A model generated the notes under the pieces. The model saw only the letters and a program-made list of their open reading frames with translations. It searched no databases and had not been told where the DNA came from. From Thermoplasmatota archaeon (GTDB lineage: Archaea; Thermoplasmatota; Poseidoniia; Poseidoniales; Thalassarchaeaceae): a stretch of DNA of 64,000 bases. Location: positions 907 through 64,906 of the forward strand of contig JAYZFV010000056.1 of the NCBI GenBank assembly GCA_036336595.1, given 5' to 3'. The translations under genes were made by a program, and so were the position numbers. Positions 1 through 9,104 of this stretch are shown piece by piece (the first letter of the stretch is position 1; each line of letters starts with the position of its first letter).

Positions 1-1181
1 CCATCGAACTGGCTTGTGGTGCCCCCCTCACTAGGGGCACCGAGAGGGTGAGTCTGGCCGATGCCGCTGACAGGGTCTTGGCCACGGACCTGGCCTCCAA
101 GGTCGACGATCCTCGCTTTGACAACTCCGCCATGGACGGCTGGGCGGTCAGGGCGGGCGATTGCGCGAGCCCCGGAGCATCTCTGCGCATCGTCGGAACC
201 AGCCAAGCAGGAACCGACCAATCCCTCAGAGTCGGTGAGGGGGAGGCGTGCCGGATAATGACGGGCGCGCCGGTTCCGGAGGGAGCAGACGCGATCGTGA
301 TGATTGAGGACTCGTCCTCAGATGATGTAAACGCCATCGTCAACGGCCCGGCTAGGCCAGGCTACATCCGAAGGAGGGGTGAGAACCTACGAGAGGGGGA
401 CACCGCACTCCTGTCGGGAACGCAGCTCACCCCCGCAGCGCTTTCCCTCGCCGCCACCATGGGATACGGCGAGATCGAAGTCGTTTCCAAGCCGAACGTC
501 GCGGTCATCAGCGTCGGCGACGAGCTAGTCCCTCCAGGCGAGCCCTTGGGGGAGGGGGCGATATACGAGTCCAACACCTTCGGCGTCGCCTCCTTGGTCG
601 AGCGCATGGGTGGCCGGGCACACCGATTCGAAGCCATCCAGGACAGCATGGACGACCTGCGCGCGGCCTTGGACGAGGCAGCGGCAAACTGCGATGCCAT
701 CCTCACCAGCGGGGGGGTCAGCATGGGGCAGTGGGACTTCGTTCGCCGAATCATGGAGGAGGAGGGGGAAGTCCTCTTCTGGAGAGTCAGGATGAGACCG
801 GGCGGCCCTCCACTTTTCGGGCTGTGGAAGGGGACGCCTCTGTTCGGCCTCCCTGGGAATCCGGTGAGCAGCCACGTGGTGTTCACCGTCCTCGTCGCCC
901 CTTGGATGTCAATCTGCATGGGTGCTCACGAGGAGCTGGGCCCAAGGCTCGCCTCCCGTGTGCGGGTGGTCTTGGAGAGCTCGCTCAAGGGAGCACCCGG
1001 CAAACTCTGCCTCCGCCGGATATCGATCCGAACCGAAGGGGATGCCCTCCTCGCCTCCACTCACACCCACCAGGGCAGCGGCAACATCCACAGCATGGTC
1101 GCGCACAACGGGCTGTCCCTGCTCGCCCCCGACACCGATGCCGACGAGGGCGAGGCGATCGACGCGCTGTGGCTCAGATGA
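1..1181 (+). CDS. moeA: Molybdopterin molybdotransferase MoeA (5' partial; frame open to window edge)
   Basis: ORF 48-1181 with no upstream stop in frame. N-terminal FDNSAMDGWAV and GGVSMG motifs of the MoeA/gephyrin E-domain. Alignment to MoeA suggests ~20 aa are missing upstream of the window. Confidence 0.75.
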   Translation, partial: IELACGAPLTRGTERVSLADAADRVLATDLASKVDDPRFDNSAMDGWAVRAGDCASPGASLRIVGTSQAGTDQSLRVGEGEACRIMTGAPVPEGADAIVMIEDSSSDDVNAIVNGPARPGYIRRRGENLREGDTALLSGTQLTPAALSLAATMGYGEIEVVSKPNVAVISVGDELVPPGEPLGEGAIYESNTFGVASLVERMGGRAHRFEAIQDSMDDLRAALDEAAANCDAILTSGGVSMGQWDFVRRIMEEEGEVLFWRVRMRPGGPPLFGLWKGTPLFGLPGNPVSSHVVFTVLVAPWMSICMGAHEELGPRLASRVRVVLESSLKGAPGKLCLRRISIRTEGDALLASTHTHQGSGNIHSMVAHNGLSLLAPDTDADEGEAIDALWLR

Positions 1182-1221
1182 GGGAGTATCGCTAAGAGCG
1201 TCCGATTCCGATTCAACGTCG

Positions 1222-2448
1222 ATGTTTCCCGAATGCATCGAGTGCAGGGGGACCAAGGGGATGTGCGGGATCGACCCATGCCCCCTGCTGGCGGAGGTTA
1301 GGGGCAGGCTCCCCCAACTGGAGCCCACCTCGGTGGGGGAGCTGTCCGGTCCGAGCCCCCCCGCCCTCTTCGTAGGCCGATACGGCTACCCGGATGTAAG
1401 GGCCGGACCTAGCGCCTCTTGGGTACCCGAGGCCTCCCAGAGCGACGACGCAACGGCAAGCGGCGACCCCGCTGAGCTCTTCGGAAGGCCACTGGAGGAG
1501 GTCGCAGCCCGGCACGCCAACCTCATCACCGGAGGCCGGAGGATGACGGTGAGCAGCACAGCCTCGCCAGACGACGTCCTCGAAGCCACCCAGGTCATTG
1601 CGATGTCCTCCGGGAGCGTGGACGTTGAGATGGACTTCGAGCGCCCCATACCGATAGGGGGGAGCCCGACTTTCGACAGCATGAGCACGCCGCTGGGCCC
1701 GTCGGGAGACGTTCTGAGGGCCGAGGTAGTCGGACATGCCAGCATTCCCCGCAAGGTGGATTCCGTGGCCGGGGAGACCGACTTGCCAGCGACCGAGGCC
1801 GCAGGCGAGCTGACCAGCTCAGGCATAGGCGAGGCGCAGATCTCACGACTGCTCTCCTCGGGGATGCTAGGGAGGGAGGGGATGAGGAAGCTCGTTCCCA
1901 CCAGATGGGGAATCACCGCCACCGACGACATGCTCTCGAAGCGGCTCTGGAGCGCTGTCAGGGACCACCCGCCGCTCGACAAGGTCCTGGTGTTCGAGGC
2001 GACCTACCTCGACAACAGGTTCCACGTCATCCTAACCCCCGGCCTCTGGGCATTCCACATGCTCGAGGCTTGGACGCGCGGCTCTGTGTGGACCGAATCC
2101 GGCAAGGTGCTGGGTGACTGGGAGGACCTCGAGCCCCGTTCGGAGTACGCTCACAGGATCACCGGGGCGTACTACTCGGCTCGACTGGCCGTGCTGGAGC
2201 ACATGGACTCCATCCGTCGTTCGGGAGCGTGCCTAGTGTGGAGGGACATCGGGCCCGGATACTGGGCCCCGGTCGGCGTCTGGCTGATCCGAGAGACCAT
2301 GAGGCAGGCGATGAGGTCCACACCGAGGTCGTTCGACTCCCTGGAGCAGGCCATAGGCCACGTCGCTCCCAGGGTCTCTGCCCCCAACGACCTGCGCGAC
2401 TCGTGGTTCGCCAGGAGGGGCAAGCAGACCAGGCTGGACGCGTTCTGA
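1222..2448 (+). CDS. nreA: Archaeal Nre-family protein (DNA repair-associated, COG1602-like)
   Basis: Internal ATG at 1222 of ORF 922-2448. N-terminal zinc-finger-like CIECRGTKGMCGIDPCPLL typical of archaeal Nre. The 100-codon extension upstream is low-complexity and overlaps moeA. Confidence 0.55.
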   Translation: MFPECIECRGTKGMCGIDPCPLLAEVRGRLPQLEPTSVGELSGPSPPALFVGRYGYPDVRAGPSASWVPEASQSDDATASGDPAELFGRPLEEVAARHANLITGGRRMTVSSTASPDDVLEATQVIAMSSGSVDVEMDFERPIPIGGSPTFDSMSTPLGPSGDVLRAEVVGHASIPRKVDSVAGETDLPATEAAGELTSSGIGEAQISRLLSSGMLGREGMRKLVPTRWGITATDDMLSKRLWSAVRDHPPLDKVLVFEATYLDNRFHVILTPGLWAFHMLEAWTRGSVWTESGKVLGDWEDLEPRSEYAHRITGAYYSARLAVLEHMDSIRRSGACLVWRDIGPGYWAPVGVWLIRETMRQAMRSTPRSFDSLEQAIGHVAPRVSAPNDLRDSWFARRGKQTRLDAF

Positions 2449-2524
2449 CGCACTCGCCCCTTTGTGGAGTGAATGAATTCAAGGACGCCCACACCCACGA
2501 TAGGCCGCAGCACGGGGTGATGCC

Positions 2525-5503
2525 TTGCCAGATTGGAAGAAGAACGGCTTCGCAAGAGACGGGTGGATCGAGATCAGGGGAGCCCGGACCCACAACCTCC
2601 AGGGCATCGACGTCAGCATTCCCAGAGGCAAGTTCGTCGTCATCTCCGGGGTGTCCGGCTCAGGCAAGTCGAGCCTCGCTTTCGATACCCTGTACGCCGA
2701 GGGGCAGCGCCGTTACGTGGAGAGCCTCAGCTCCTACGCGAGGCAGTTCCTCGGCCAGATGAAGAAGCCTGACTGCGACTCTATCGAGGGCCTCTCCCCA
2801 GCCATCAGCATCGACCAGAAGCAGGGCAGCCACAACCCGCGCTCCACGGTGGCCACGGTCACCGAGATGATGGACTACCTCAGGCTTCTCTGGGCCCGCA
2901 TCGGGCTGCCGCACTGCCCGGTGTGCGAACGCGAGGTAACCAGGAGGACCGTCCAGGAGATCGTCGATGACGTCCTCTGGCGCTTCGAGGGCCACGGCAT
3001 CGCGATCTGGAGCCCCGCGGTCAGGAACCGCAAAGGTACTCACGCCGACCTGTTCGCCGCCCTCGTGGAGCAGGGGTTCCTCCATGGCAAGGTCAACGGG
3101 AGGGAGGCCGGCTTCGAGGAGCCCCCCGACCTCGAGAAGAACCTGCGTCACGACATCGATGTGCGGGTAGACCGGATGCTGCTCCACGTCTCCAACCGCC
3201 AGCGCCTGACAGAGGCGGCCGAGTCCGGCCTGAGGCTCGGTGCCGGCTCAGTGGCAGTCGAGAGCCTGAGCGCCCCCCATCCCGGCGACGACAACTCGGA
3301 CGAGCAGCGGTTCAGGACCCAGCAGGGTGAGGTGATAGCCTACTCGGAGGAGTTCGCCTGCCCCGAGCACGGCGCCTTCATGCCGGAGATGAGCCCACGG
3401 GTCTTCTCGTTCAACAACCCGCTGGGCGCCTGCCCCTCGTGCCAGGGACTGGGGGTCCAGCGCACCTTCTCCCCCGACCTCGTGATCGACAGGACCGCGA
3501 CCGTTGGGGAGGGCTGCATCAAGCCGTTCCGACGCTCGATGATGTCCAGCTGGTACCGCAGGCAGATGACCCAGACCTGCGACCACTACGGCATCCCCAC
3601 CGACGTACCGTTCGGCGAGATGGACGAGGACGACAGCGACATCCTCCTGCACGGCACGGGCAGCACGGTCATCAACTTCGAGTTCAACTCCGAGAAGGGG
3701 TCATCGTACCGGATGGCCAGGCCGTGGGAGGGCGTGTTCGCTCGCCTGCGCCGCTCCTACACCGACTCCAGCTCCGATCGGACACGCTCCAGGCTGTCCT
3801 CTTACATGACCGACGAGCCGTCCACCCAGTGCGACGGCGACAAGCTCAACGAAGCGGTCAGCCAGGTCACGGTCGGAGGCATATCCCTTCCCGACATCTC
3901 CCGCTGCAGCGTGCTCGAGGCGCTCGCCGCGGTCCAGCACTGGCGCTTGGGGGGGTTGGACGACACCTGGGACAAGCTGGACAGGGACGTCCCGGACAGC
4001 GGGTCCGTGCGCGCCACCGCGCAGCTCGACGAGCGCTCGCTGTACATAGCAAAGGAGATCATCAAGGAGATCGAGTCCAGGCTCCGCTTCCTCGCCCTCG
4101 TCGGGCTGGACTACCTCACGCTCGACCGCCGGGCCAACACGCTATCCGGGGGAGAGTCCCAGAGGATCCGCCTGGCCACCCAGATCGGGTCGAGGCTGAC
4201 TGGGGTCATGTACGTCCTCGACGAGCCCAGCATCGGGCTCCACCCGAGGGACAACGGACGCCTGCTCGAGACGCTCCGCGAGCTCACCGAGCTCGGCAAC
4301 ACCCTCCTCGTCGTCGAGCACGACGAGGCCACTCTCAGGCAGGCCGACTGGCTGGTCGACCTTGGCCCTGGCGCGGGCAAGGAGGGCGGGCACATCGTCG
4401 TCAACGGAACCTTCGAGGAAATGATGGCCAGCGAGGCCAGCGTCACCGCCGCGTACCTCACCGGCAGGGAGCGGATCCCGATCCCCGAGGACCGCGAGAC
4501 GCCCGAGGAGGAGCGTTGGATCACCATCAGGGGGGCGCGCCAGAACAACCTGCAGGACATCGAGGTCCGAATCCCCCTCGGATGCATGATCGCGGTGACC
4601 GGCGTGTCCGGCTCGGGCAAGTCCTCGCTGGTGACCGAGACCCTGGCCCCCTCGCTGCTCCGGGGGCTGCACGGCTCCGATGCGACCCCCGGCAGGATGG
4701 ACTCGATCTCGGGCGTCGATATGGTCGACAAGGCCATCGTCATCGACCAGTCCCCGATCGGCCGGACCCCGCGCTCGAACCCAGCCACCTACACCGGAGC
4801 CTTCACCCCGATCCGCGAGCTGTTCGCCCAGACCAAGCTGGCCAAGGAGCGCGGGTACCCCCCCGGGCAGTTCTCCTTCAACGTCAGAGGGGGGCGCTGC
4901 GAGGCCTGCAGCGGCGCCGGCTCGAAGAAGCTCGAGATGAACTTCCTGCCAGACGTCTGGGTGACCTGTGAGGTCTGCAAGGGCAAGAGGTACACGAGGG
5001 AGACGCTGGAGGTCAAGTGGCGCGGCAAGACCATCCACGACGTGCTGGAGATGAGCGTCGAGGAGGCATGCGGCTTCTTCGCCAACCAGCGGACGACCCA
5101 CAGGATCCTATCCACCGTGAAGGACGTCGGCCTGGGCTACATCCGCCTGGGCCAGCCGGCCACGACGCTGTCCGGCGGCGAGGCGCAACGGGTCAAGCTG
5201 GCCACCGAGCTGCACCGACCGCCCCGCAACCACACGGTCTACATCCTCGACGAGCCGACCACCGGCCTCGCCCTCTCCGACGTCCACCAGCTGATCGACG
5301 TGCTGCTGCGCCTGCGCCGCAACGGCCACACCGTCATCGTGATCGAGCACCACATGGACGTCATCAAGTGCGCCGACTGGATCATCGACCTGGGCCCGGA
5401 GGGGGGCGAGCGCGGCGGGCTGGTGGTCGCCGAGGGGCCGCCCGACCTCGTCGCCAAGGCCCCGGGGAGCTACACCGGCCAGCACCTGGCGGGCTTCGTG
5501 TGA
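2525..5503 (+). CDS. uvrA: Excinuclease ABC subunit A
   Basis: 992 aa. [11 protein letters not shown], two ABC ATPase P-loops ([23 protein letters not shown]; [13 protein letters not shown]), LSGGE signatures and Zn-finger cysteines. Confidence 0.9.
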   Translation: MPDWKKNGFARDGWIEIRGARTHNLQGIDVSIPRGKFVVISGVSGSGKSSLAFDTLYAEGQRRYVESLSSYARQFLGQMKKPDCDSIEGLSPAISIDQKQGSHNPRSTVATVTEMMDYLRLLWARIGLPHCPVCEREVTRRTVQEIVDDVLWRFEGHGIAIWSPAVRNRKGTHADLFAALVEQGFLHGKVNGREAGFEEPPDLEKNLRHDIDVRVDRMLLHVSNRQRLTEAAESGLRLGAGSVAVESLSAPHPGDDNSDEQRFRTQQGEVIAYSEEFACPEHGAFMPEMSPRVFSFNNPLGACPSCQGLGVQRTFSPDLVIDRTATVGEGCIKPFRRSMMSSWYRRQMTQTCDHYGIPTDVPFGEMDEDDSDILLHGTGSTVINFEFNSEKGSSYRMARPWEGVFARLRRSYTDSSSDRTRSRLSSYMTDEPSTQCDGDKLNEAVSQVTVGGISLPDISRCSVLEALAAVQHWRLGGLDDTWDKLDRDVPDSGSVRATAQLDERSLYIAKEIIKEIESRLRFLALVGLDYLTLDRRANTLSGGESQRIRLATQIGSRLTGVMYVLDEPSIGLHPRDNGRLLETLRELTELGNTLLVVEHDEATLRQADWLVDLGPGAGKEGGHIVVNGTFEEMMASEASVTAAYLTGRERIPIPEDRETPEEERWITIRGARQNNLQDIEVRIPLGCMIAVTGVSGSGKSSLVTETLAPSLLRGLHGSDATPGRMDSISGVDMVDKAIVIDQSPIGRTPRSNPATYTGAFTPIRELFAQTKLAKERGYPPGQFSFNVRGGRCEACSGAGSKKLEMNFLPDVWVTCEVCKGKRYTRETLEVKWRGKTIHDVLEMSVEEACGFFANQRTTHRILSTVKDVGLGYIRLGQPATTLSGGEAQRVKLATELHRPPRNHTVYILDEPTTGLALSDVHQLIDVLLRLRRNGHTVIVIEHHMDVIKCADWIIDLGPEGGERGGLVVAEGPPDLVAKAPGSYTGQHLAGFV

Positions 5504-5552
5504 GCGGGTGCCGGGCCAAGCCTTGAGAAGGCGCACCGCATGAGGGTGCCCG

Positions 5553-6308
5553 ATGTACCGCTCCGGCAACCCGGCGCTCAACGACTCGACGTTCGAGAAG
5601 GGCTCCTACCAGGGCGTCAACTGGTGGGACGACTACGAATCCAACCTGATGACCATCGAGGGCACCGCGGAGAAGACCGGGATCCTGCTCCTGATCACCG
5701 CGACGACCGCGCTCGCAACCGCATTCTCGATGCCGGACTCTCTTCCCCTGATCCTGGTCGGGGCCCTTGGCGGCTTCATCGTCGCGATGATGGTGATCTT
5801 CTCCGGCTCGATGAACCCGATGCTCATCTGCTCCTACGCCGCCTTGGAGGGCCTCGCCCTCGGGGGCATCACGTGGATCTTCGAAGTGGGCCTCGGGCTC
5901 CCGGGGATCGGCATCCTCGCTGCCCTCCTGACATTCCTCATCCTGGGGGTGATGATCGCGATATACAGGGCCGGGCTGATTCAGTGGGACAGGAACATGG
6001 CCATCGCGGTCTACTCCGCCCTGGGGGCGATCGTGCTGGTCTACCTCATCTCCATCATCGGGCTGTTCGTCGGCTTCGAGGTCCCGCACATCCACGGCTC
6101 GGGGCCGATCGGCATCGCGTTCTCCCTGTTCGTCGTCGGGATCGGAGCGCTGTGCCTCGTCGCGGACTTCGACTTCATCGAGAAGGGGGTGGAGAGGGGC
6201 GCGCCCAAGCAGCTCGAGTGGCGGGCCGCCTTCGGGCTCATGGTCACGCTGGTATGGCTCTACCTCGAGATCCTCAAGCTCCTAGCGAAGCTGGCCGCGA
6301 GGCGTTAG
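5553..6308 (+). CDS. Multi-pass membrane protein, Bax inhibitor-1/YccA-like family (tentative)
   Basis: 251 aa with ~7 predicted TM helices. N-terminal SGNPALNDSTF is reminiscent of actinobacterial BI-1/YccA-family proteins. Family assignment is from memory only. Confidence 0.4.
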   Translation: MYRSGNPALNDSTFEKGSYQGVNWWDDYESNLMTIEGTAEKTGILLLITATTALATAFSMPDSLPLILVGALGGFIVAMMVIFSGSMNPMLICSYAALEGLALGGITWIFEVGLGLPGIGILAALLTFLILGVMIAIYRAGLIQWDRNMAIAVYSALGAIVLVYLISIIGLFVGFEVPHIHGSGPIGIAFSLFVVGIGALCLVADFDFIEKGVERGAPKQLEWRAAFGLMVTLVWLYLEILKLLAKLAARR

Positions 6309-6311
6309 GCG

Positions 6312-7553
6312 ATGAGCGAGTCCCGGGCCCTGGAGATGGACCGCCAGGACCCACTGGCCGCATACCGGGAGCGCTTCCACATCCCCCGGGCCGAATCGGG
6401 CGAGGAGGAGATCTACCTCAGCGGCAACTCTCTGGGCCTCCAGCCCCGCAGCATCCGGGAGGCACTGGACCAGGAGATGGGGGACTGGGCCCGGCTGGGC
6501 GTGGGGGGCCACTTCGGGGCCAAGCACCCCTGGTACAGCTACCACGAGGACCTCTGCGGTCCCCTGGGGCGGCTCGTCGGCTCCCAGGCCCACGAGGTGG
6601 TGCCCATGGGAGCGCTCACCAGCAACCTGCACCTGGCCATGGTGTCCTTCTACCGCCCGACCCGGGAGCGCCCCCGGATCCTCATCGAGGCCGGCGCGTT
6701 CCCCTCGGACCGCTACGCCGTCGAGAGCCAGGCCCGCTTCCACGGACTCGACCCCTCCGAGGCCGTGGTCTCACTCGGTGAGGAGGGGGTCCTGCTCGAC
6801 GAGGCCGAGATCGAGGCCTACCTGGAGGCGGAGGGCCCGAGCATCGCCCTGGTTATGGTCGGCGGCGTCCACTACTACACCGGGCAGCTGTTCGACATGG
6901 AGCGCATCGCCAGGGCCGCGCACCGGGCGGGCGCGACCGTGGGCTTCGACCTGGCCCACGCCATCGGCAACGTTCCCCTGCGGCTCCACGACTGGGGCGC
7001 CGACTTCGCCGCCTGGTGCTCCTACAAGTACCTCAACTCGGGGCCCGGGGGCGTCGCCGGCCTATTCGTCCACGACCGGCATTCCGGCAGCGACCTGCCC
7101 CGCTTCAACGGCTGGTGGGGCACGGACCCCGAGACCCGCTTCCAGATGGGGGAGTTCGAGGCACAGAGGGGCGCCGCCGCCTGGCAGGTCTCCAACGCCC
7201 CGGTGATGTCCATGGCCTGCCACCGGGCGGCCCTGGCCATCCACGACGAGGCGGGCATGCCCGCGCTGCGGGAGAAGAGCCTGGCCATGACCGACTTCCT
7301 TCTGGCCCAGCTGGACGAGCTCCCGGAGGGCCTCATCACCGTCATCAGCCCCCGGCAGGCCGATCGCCGGGGCTCCCAGGTCAGCCTGAGGATTCACGGC
7401 GACGCCCCCGGCCTCCATCGGGCCCTGGTGGCGGCCGGCGTGGCCTGCGACCTCCGCAACCCGGACGTGATCCGATTGGCGCCAGCCCCCCTCTACAACC
7501 GCTTCCACGAGCTCTGGCGCGTCGCCGAGATCCTCAGGGAGCATCTTTCGTGA
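6312..7553 (+). CDS. kynU: Kynureninase
   Basis: 413 aa. LSGNSLGLQP and HPWYSYHED motifs of the PLP-dependent kynureninase family. Confidence 0.8.
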   Translation: MSESRALEMDRQDPLAAYRERFHIPRAESGEEEIYLSGNSLGLQPRSIREALDQEMGDWARLGVGGHFGAKHPWYSYHEDLCGPLGRLVGSQAHEVVPMGALTSNLHLAMVSFYRPTRERPRILIEAGAFPSDRYAVESQARFHGLDPSEAVVSLGEEGVLLDEAEIEAYLEAEGPSIALVMVGGVHYYTGQLFDMERIARAAHRAGATVGFDLAHAIGNVPLRLHDWGADFAAWCSYKYLNSGPGGVAGLFVHDRHSGSDLPRFNGWWGTDPETRFQMGEFEAQRGAAAWQVSNAPVMSMACHRAALAIHDEAGMPALREKSLAMTDFLLAQLDELPEGLITVISPRQADRRGSQVSLRIHGDAPGLHRALVAAGVACDLRNPDVIRLAPAPLYNRFHELWRVAEILREHLS

Positions 7554-7589
7554 GTTCAGACTCACGAGAGTCTAGGCCCACTAGGTGGG
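7554..7589. terminator. Two tandem perfect hairpins between convergent genes (AGACTC-ACGA-GAGTCT; CCCAC-TAG-GTGGG)
   Basis: Read directly at 7558-7573 and 7577-7589, in the 46-nt gap after the kynU stop and before the stop of the minus-strand BNR gene. Function as terminators is inferred. Confidence 0.3.
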
Positions 7590-7598
7590 TCTGCTACG

Positions 7599-9059
7599 CT
7601 ACAGAGTGCTGGGCCCGCCCATTGGCAGCGGGGCCAGCGGCAGGTCTCGCAGCGTCGGCCCGATGGCCAGGGTGCCGAAGATGCCTATCTCGCCGCCGAC
7701 GTTGTGCGCGAGGCCGAACCAGGCCCTGCCGTGCTGGTCGATGATGACGTCGTTGAAGTCGCCGAAGCCCCCGCACCTGTTGAACCCGCAGTCGGCGGTG
7801 GTGTCGAGGGGGTCGCCCCACGCGTTCACCTGCACCGTGGTCATCAGCGGCATCGGGCCGAAGGCGTCGGTGATGACGGTCAGGTACCCGTTCCAGGTGT
7901 CCCCGCCCGAGTCCCCGAGGTAACCGAGGGCCACCTTGCCTGCCCCGCCGGCGGTCAGCACCGGGAAGCCGGTGCCATTCAGGCCGATTGGCGGGGCGAC
8001 CATCAGCGGGTCGCTCCAGGTGTCGCCCTCGTCCCTCGAGTACGCGTAGTAGGGCATGTTGTCGAAGCCGATCCACATCGCGTGGACGTTGTCCTCGGAG
8101 TCCGGGTAGACCTGCGCCTCCTCGAAGTTCCAGGTCTCCGCGGTTCCCGTGGTCTCGGTTGGAAGCGGGTGCTCGGTCCAGGTTATCCCGCCGTTCGTGC
8201 TGCGGTAGATCGAGTAGCCCTCGCCCCCGTCGCAGCCCCTGTTGCCGCGGTAGAAGTTGCCGTTCTCGCTGCCCATGATGTGCCCGGTCAGCCCCCCGCT
8301 GTTGCAATCCGTGGGCGCCCCGGGGAGCTCGGGGCCCCAGGTCAGCCCGCCGTCCTGGCTGGCAGCGCAGACCGGGTAGGGGTAGTTGCCGTTGACGCAG
8401 AACACCCACGTGGTCTGGTGGAATGCGGCGGGGTAGGGGGCGGAGGCGATGGTCTGGTGGTCCTGCACCGACCAGCCGGTGGCCACCGAGGGGCCGGTCC
8501 AGCTCTGCCCTTCGTTGTCCGACCACTCGACGGTCATCCCCAGCAGGGCGTGCATGTCGAACTTCATGACGCGGTCCGTCCACGGGTCGACGTACACGTA
8601 CGGGTCGTTGGAGTTCGCCACCGGCAGGAACGCGCTGTAGACGTCCTCGCACGCGTACTCGCTCAGGTTGGTCATCCCGACCATGCCCGAGCACCGCACG
8701 ATCGCCGTGGAGCCCGCCGCCCCGTTGCCCCAGCTGGTCATGTAGAGGTTGTCGGAGGAGGTGACGCCGATGGTCGGCTCGAACGTGGTCATTCCGATCC
8801 CGTAGTATGTGCCGACGGCGCAGACGGGCGCGTTGTTACCCACCAGCACCGAGCTCCCGTTGAGCACGTTGGAGGCCTTCGTGGCGTCGGTCGCGTTGGA
8901 GTAGTGGTACCAGGTCGTGTTGCTGATGAGGCCCCCCGACGCCTCGCACAGGGTGTCGAAGACGTTGACCTCCTCGACGACCTCCTCGTCCTCCCCGAAG
9001 CAGCCCGAGAGGGAGGCCAGTATGAACAGGGAGACCATGCCGCAGGCTGCGACGCGCAT
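7599..9059 (-). CDS. Secreted BNR/Asp-box repeat lipoprotein (sialidase/Ycf48-like beta-propeller), paralog 1
   Basis: 486 aa. Signal peptide MRVAACGMVSLFILASLSGC with lipobox-like Cys. Four S-x-D-x-G-x-T-W Asp-box repeats (SDNEGQSWT, SQDGGLTWG, STNGGITWT, SRDEGDTWS). Confidence 0.6.
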   Translation of the reverse strand: MRVAACGMVSLFILASLSGCFGEDEEVVEEVNVFDTLCEASGGLISNTTWYHYSNATDATKASNVLNGSSVLVGNNAPVCAVGTYYGIGMTTFEPTIGVTSSDNLYMTSWGNGAAGSTAIVRCSGMVGMTNLSEYACEDVYSAFLPVANSNDPYVYVDPWTDRVMKFDMHALLGMTVEWSDNEGQSWTGPSVATGWSVQDHQTIASAPYPAAFHQTTWVFCVNGNYPYPVCAASQDGGLTWGPELPGAPTDCNSGGLTGHIMGSENGNFYRGNRGCDGGEGYSIYRSTNGGITWTEHPLPTETTGTAETWNFEEAQVYPDSEDNVHAMWIGFDNMPYYAYSRDEGDTWSDPLMVAPPIGLNGTGFPVLTAGGAGKVALGYLGDSGGDTWNGYLTVITDAFGPMPLMTTVQVNAWGDPLDTTADCGFNRCGGFGDFNDVIIDQHGRAWFGLAHNVGGEIGIFGTLAIGPTLRDLPLAPLPMGGPSTL

Positions 9060-9104
9060 GTAATCCCGGCTGAGCCCTGCCTACATCAGTCCAACGGAGC
9101 CGCG

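Noticed and set aside
18-41. Perfect 8-bp hairpin GGTGCCCC-N8-GGGGCACC at the window start
   Set aside because: The moeA reading frame is open through it back to the window edge, so it is most likely coding sequence rather than a terminator.
922-1221. 100-codon upstream extension of the nre ORF overlapping the moeA 3' end
   Set aside because: It is low-complexity, overlaps moeA in another frame, and the conserved Nre zinc-finger N-terminus starts at 1222.
3439-6781. Long overlapping ORFs 3439-4971(+), 4142-5101(-), 5017-5526(+), 5382-6095(-), 5540-6781(+)
   Set aside because: They are alternative or antisense frames over uvrA, the BI-1-like gene and kynU. They are low-complexity Arg/Pro/Gly-rich translations with no recognisable domains.
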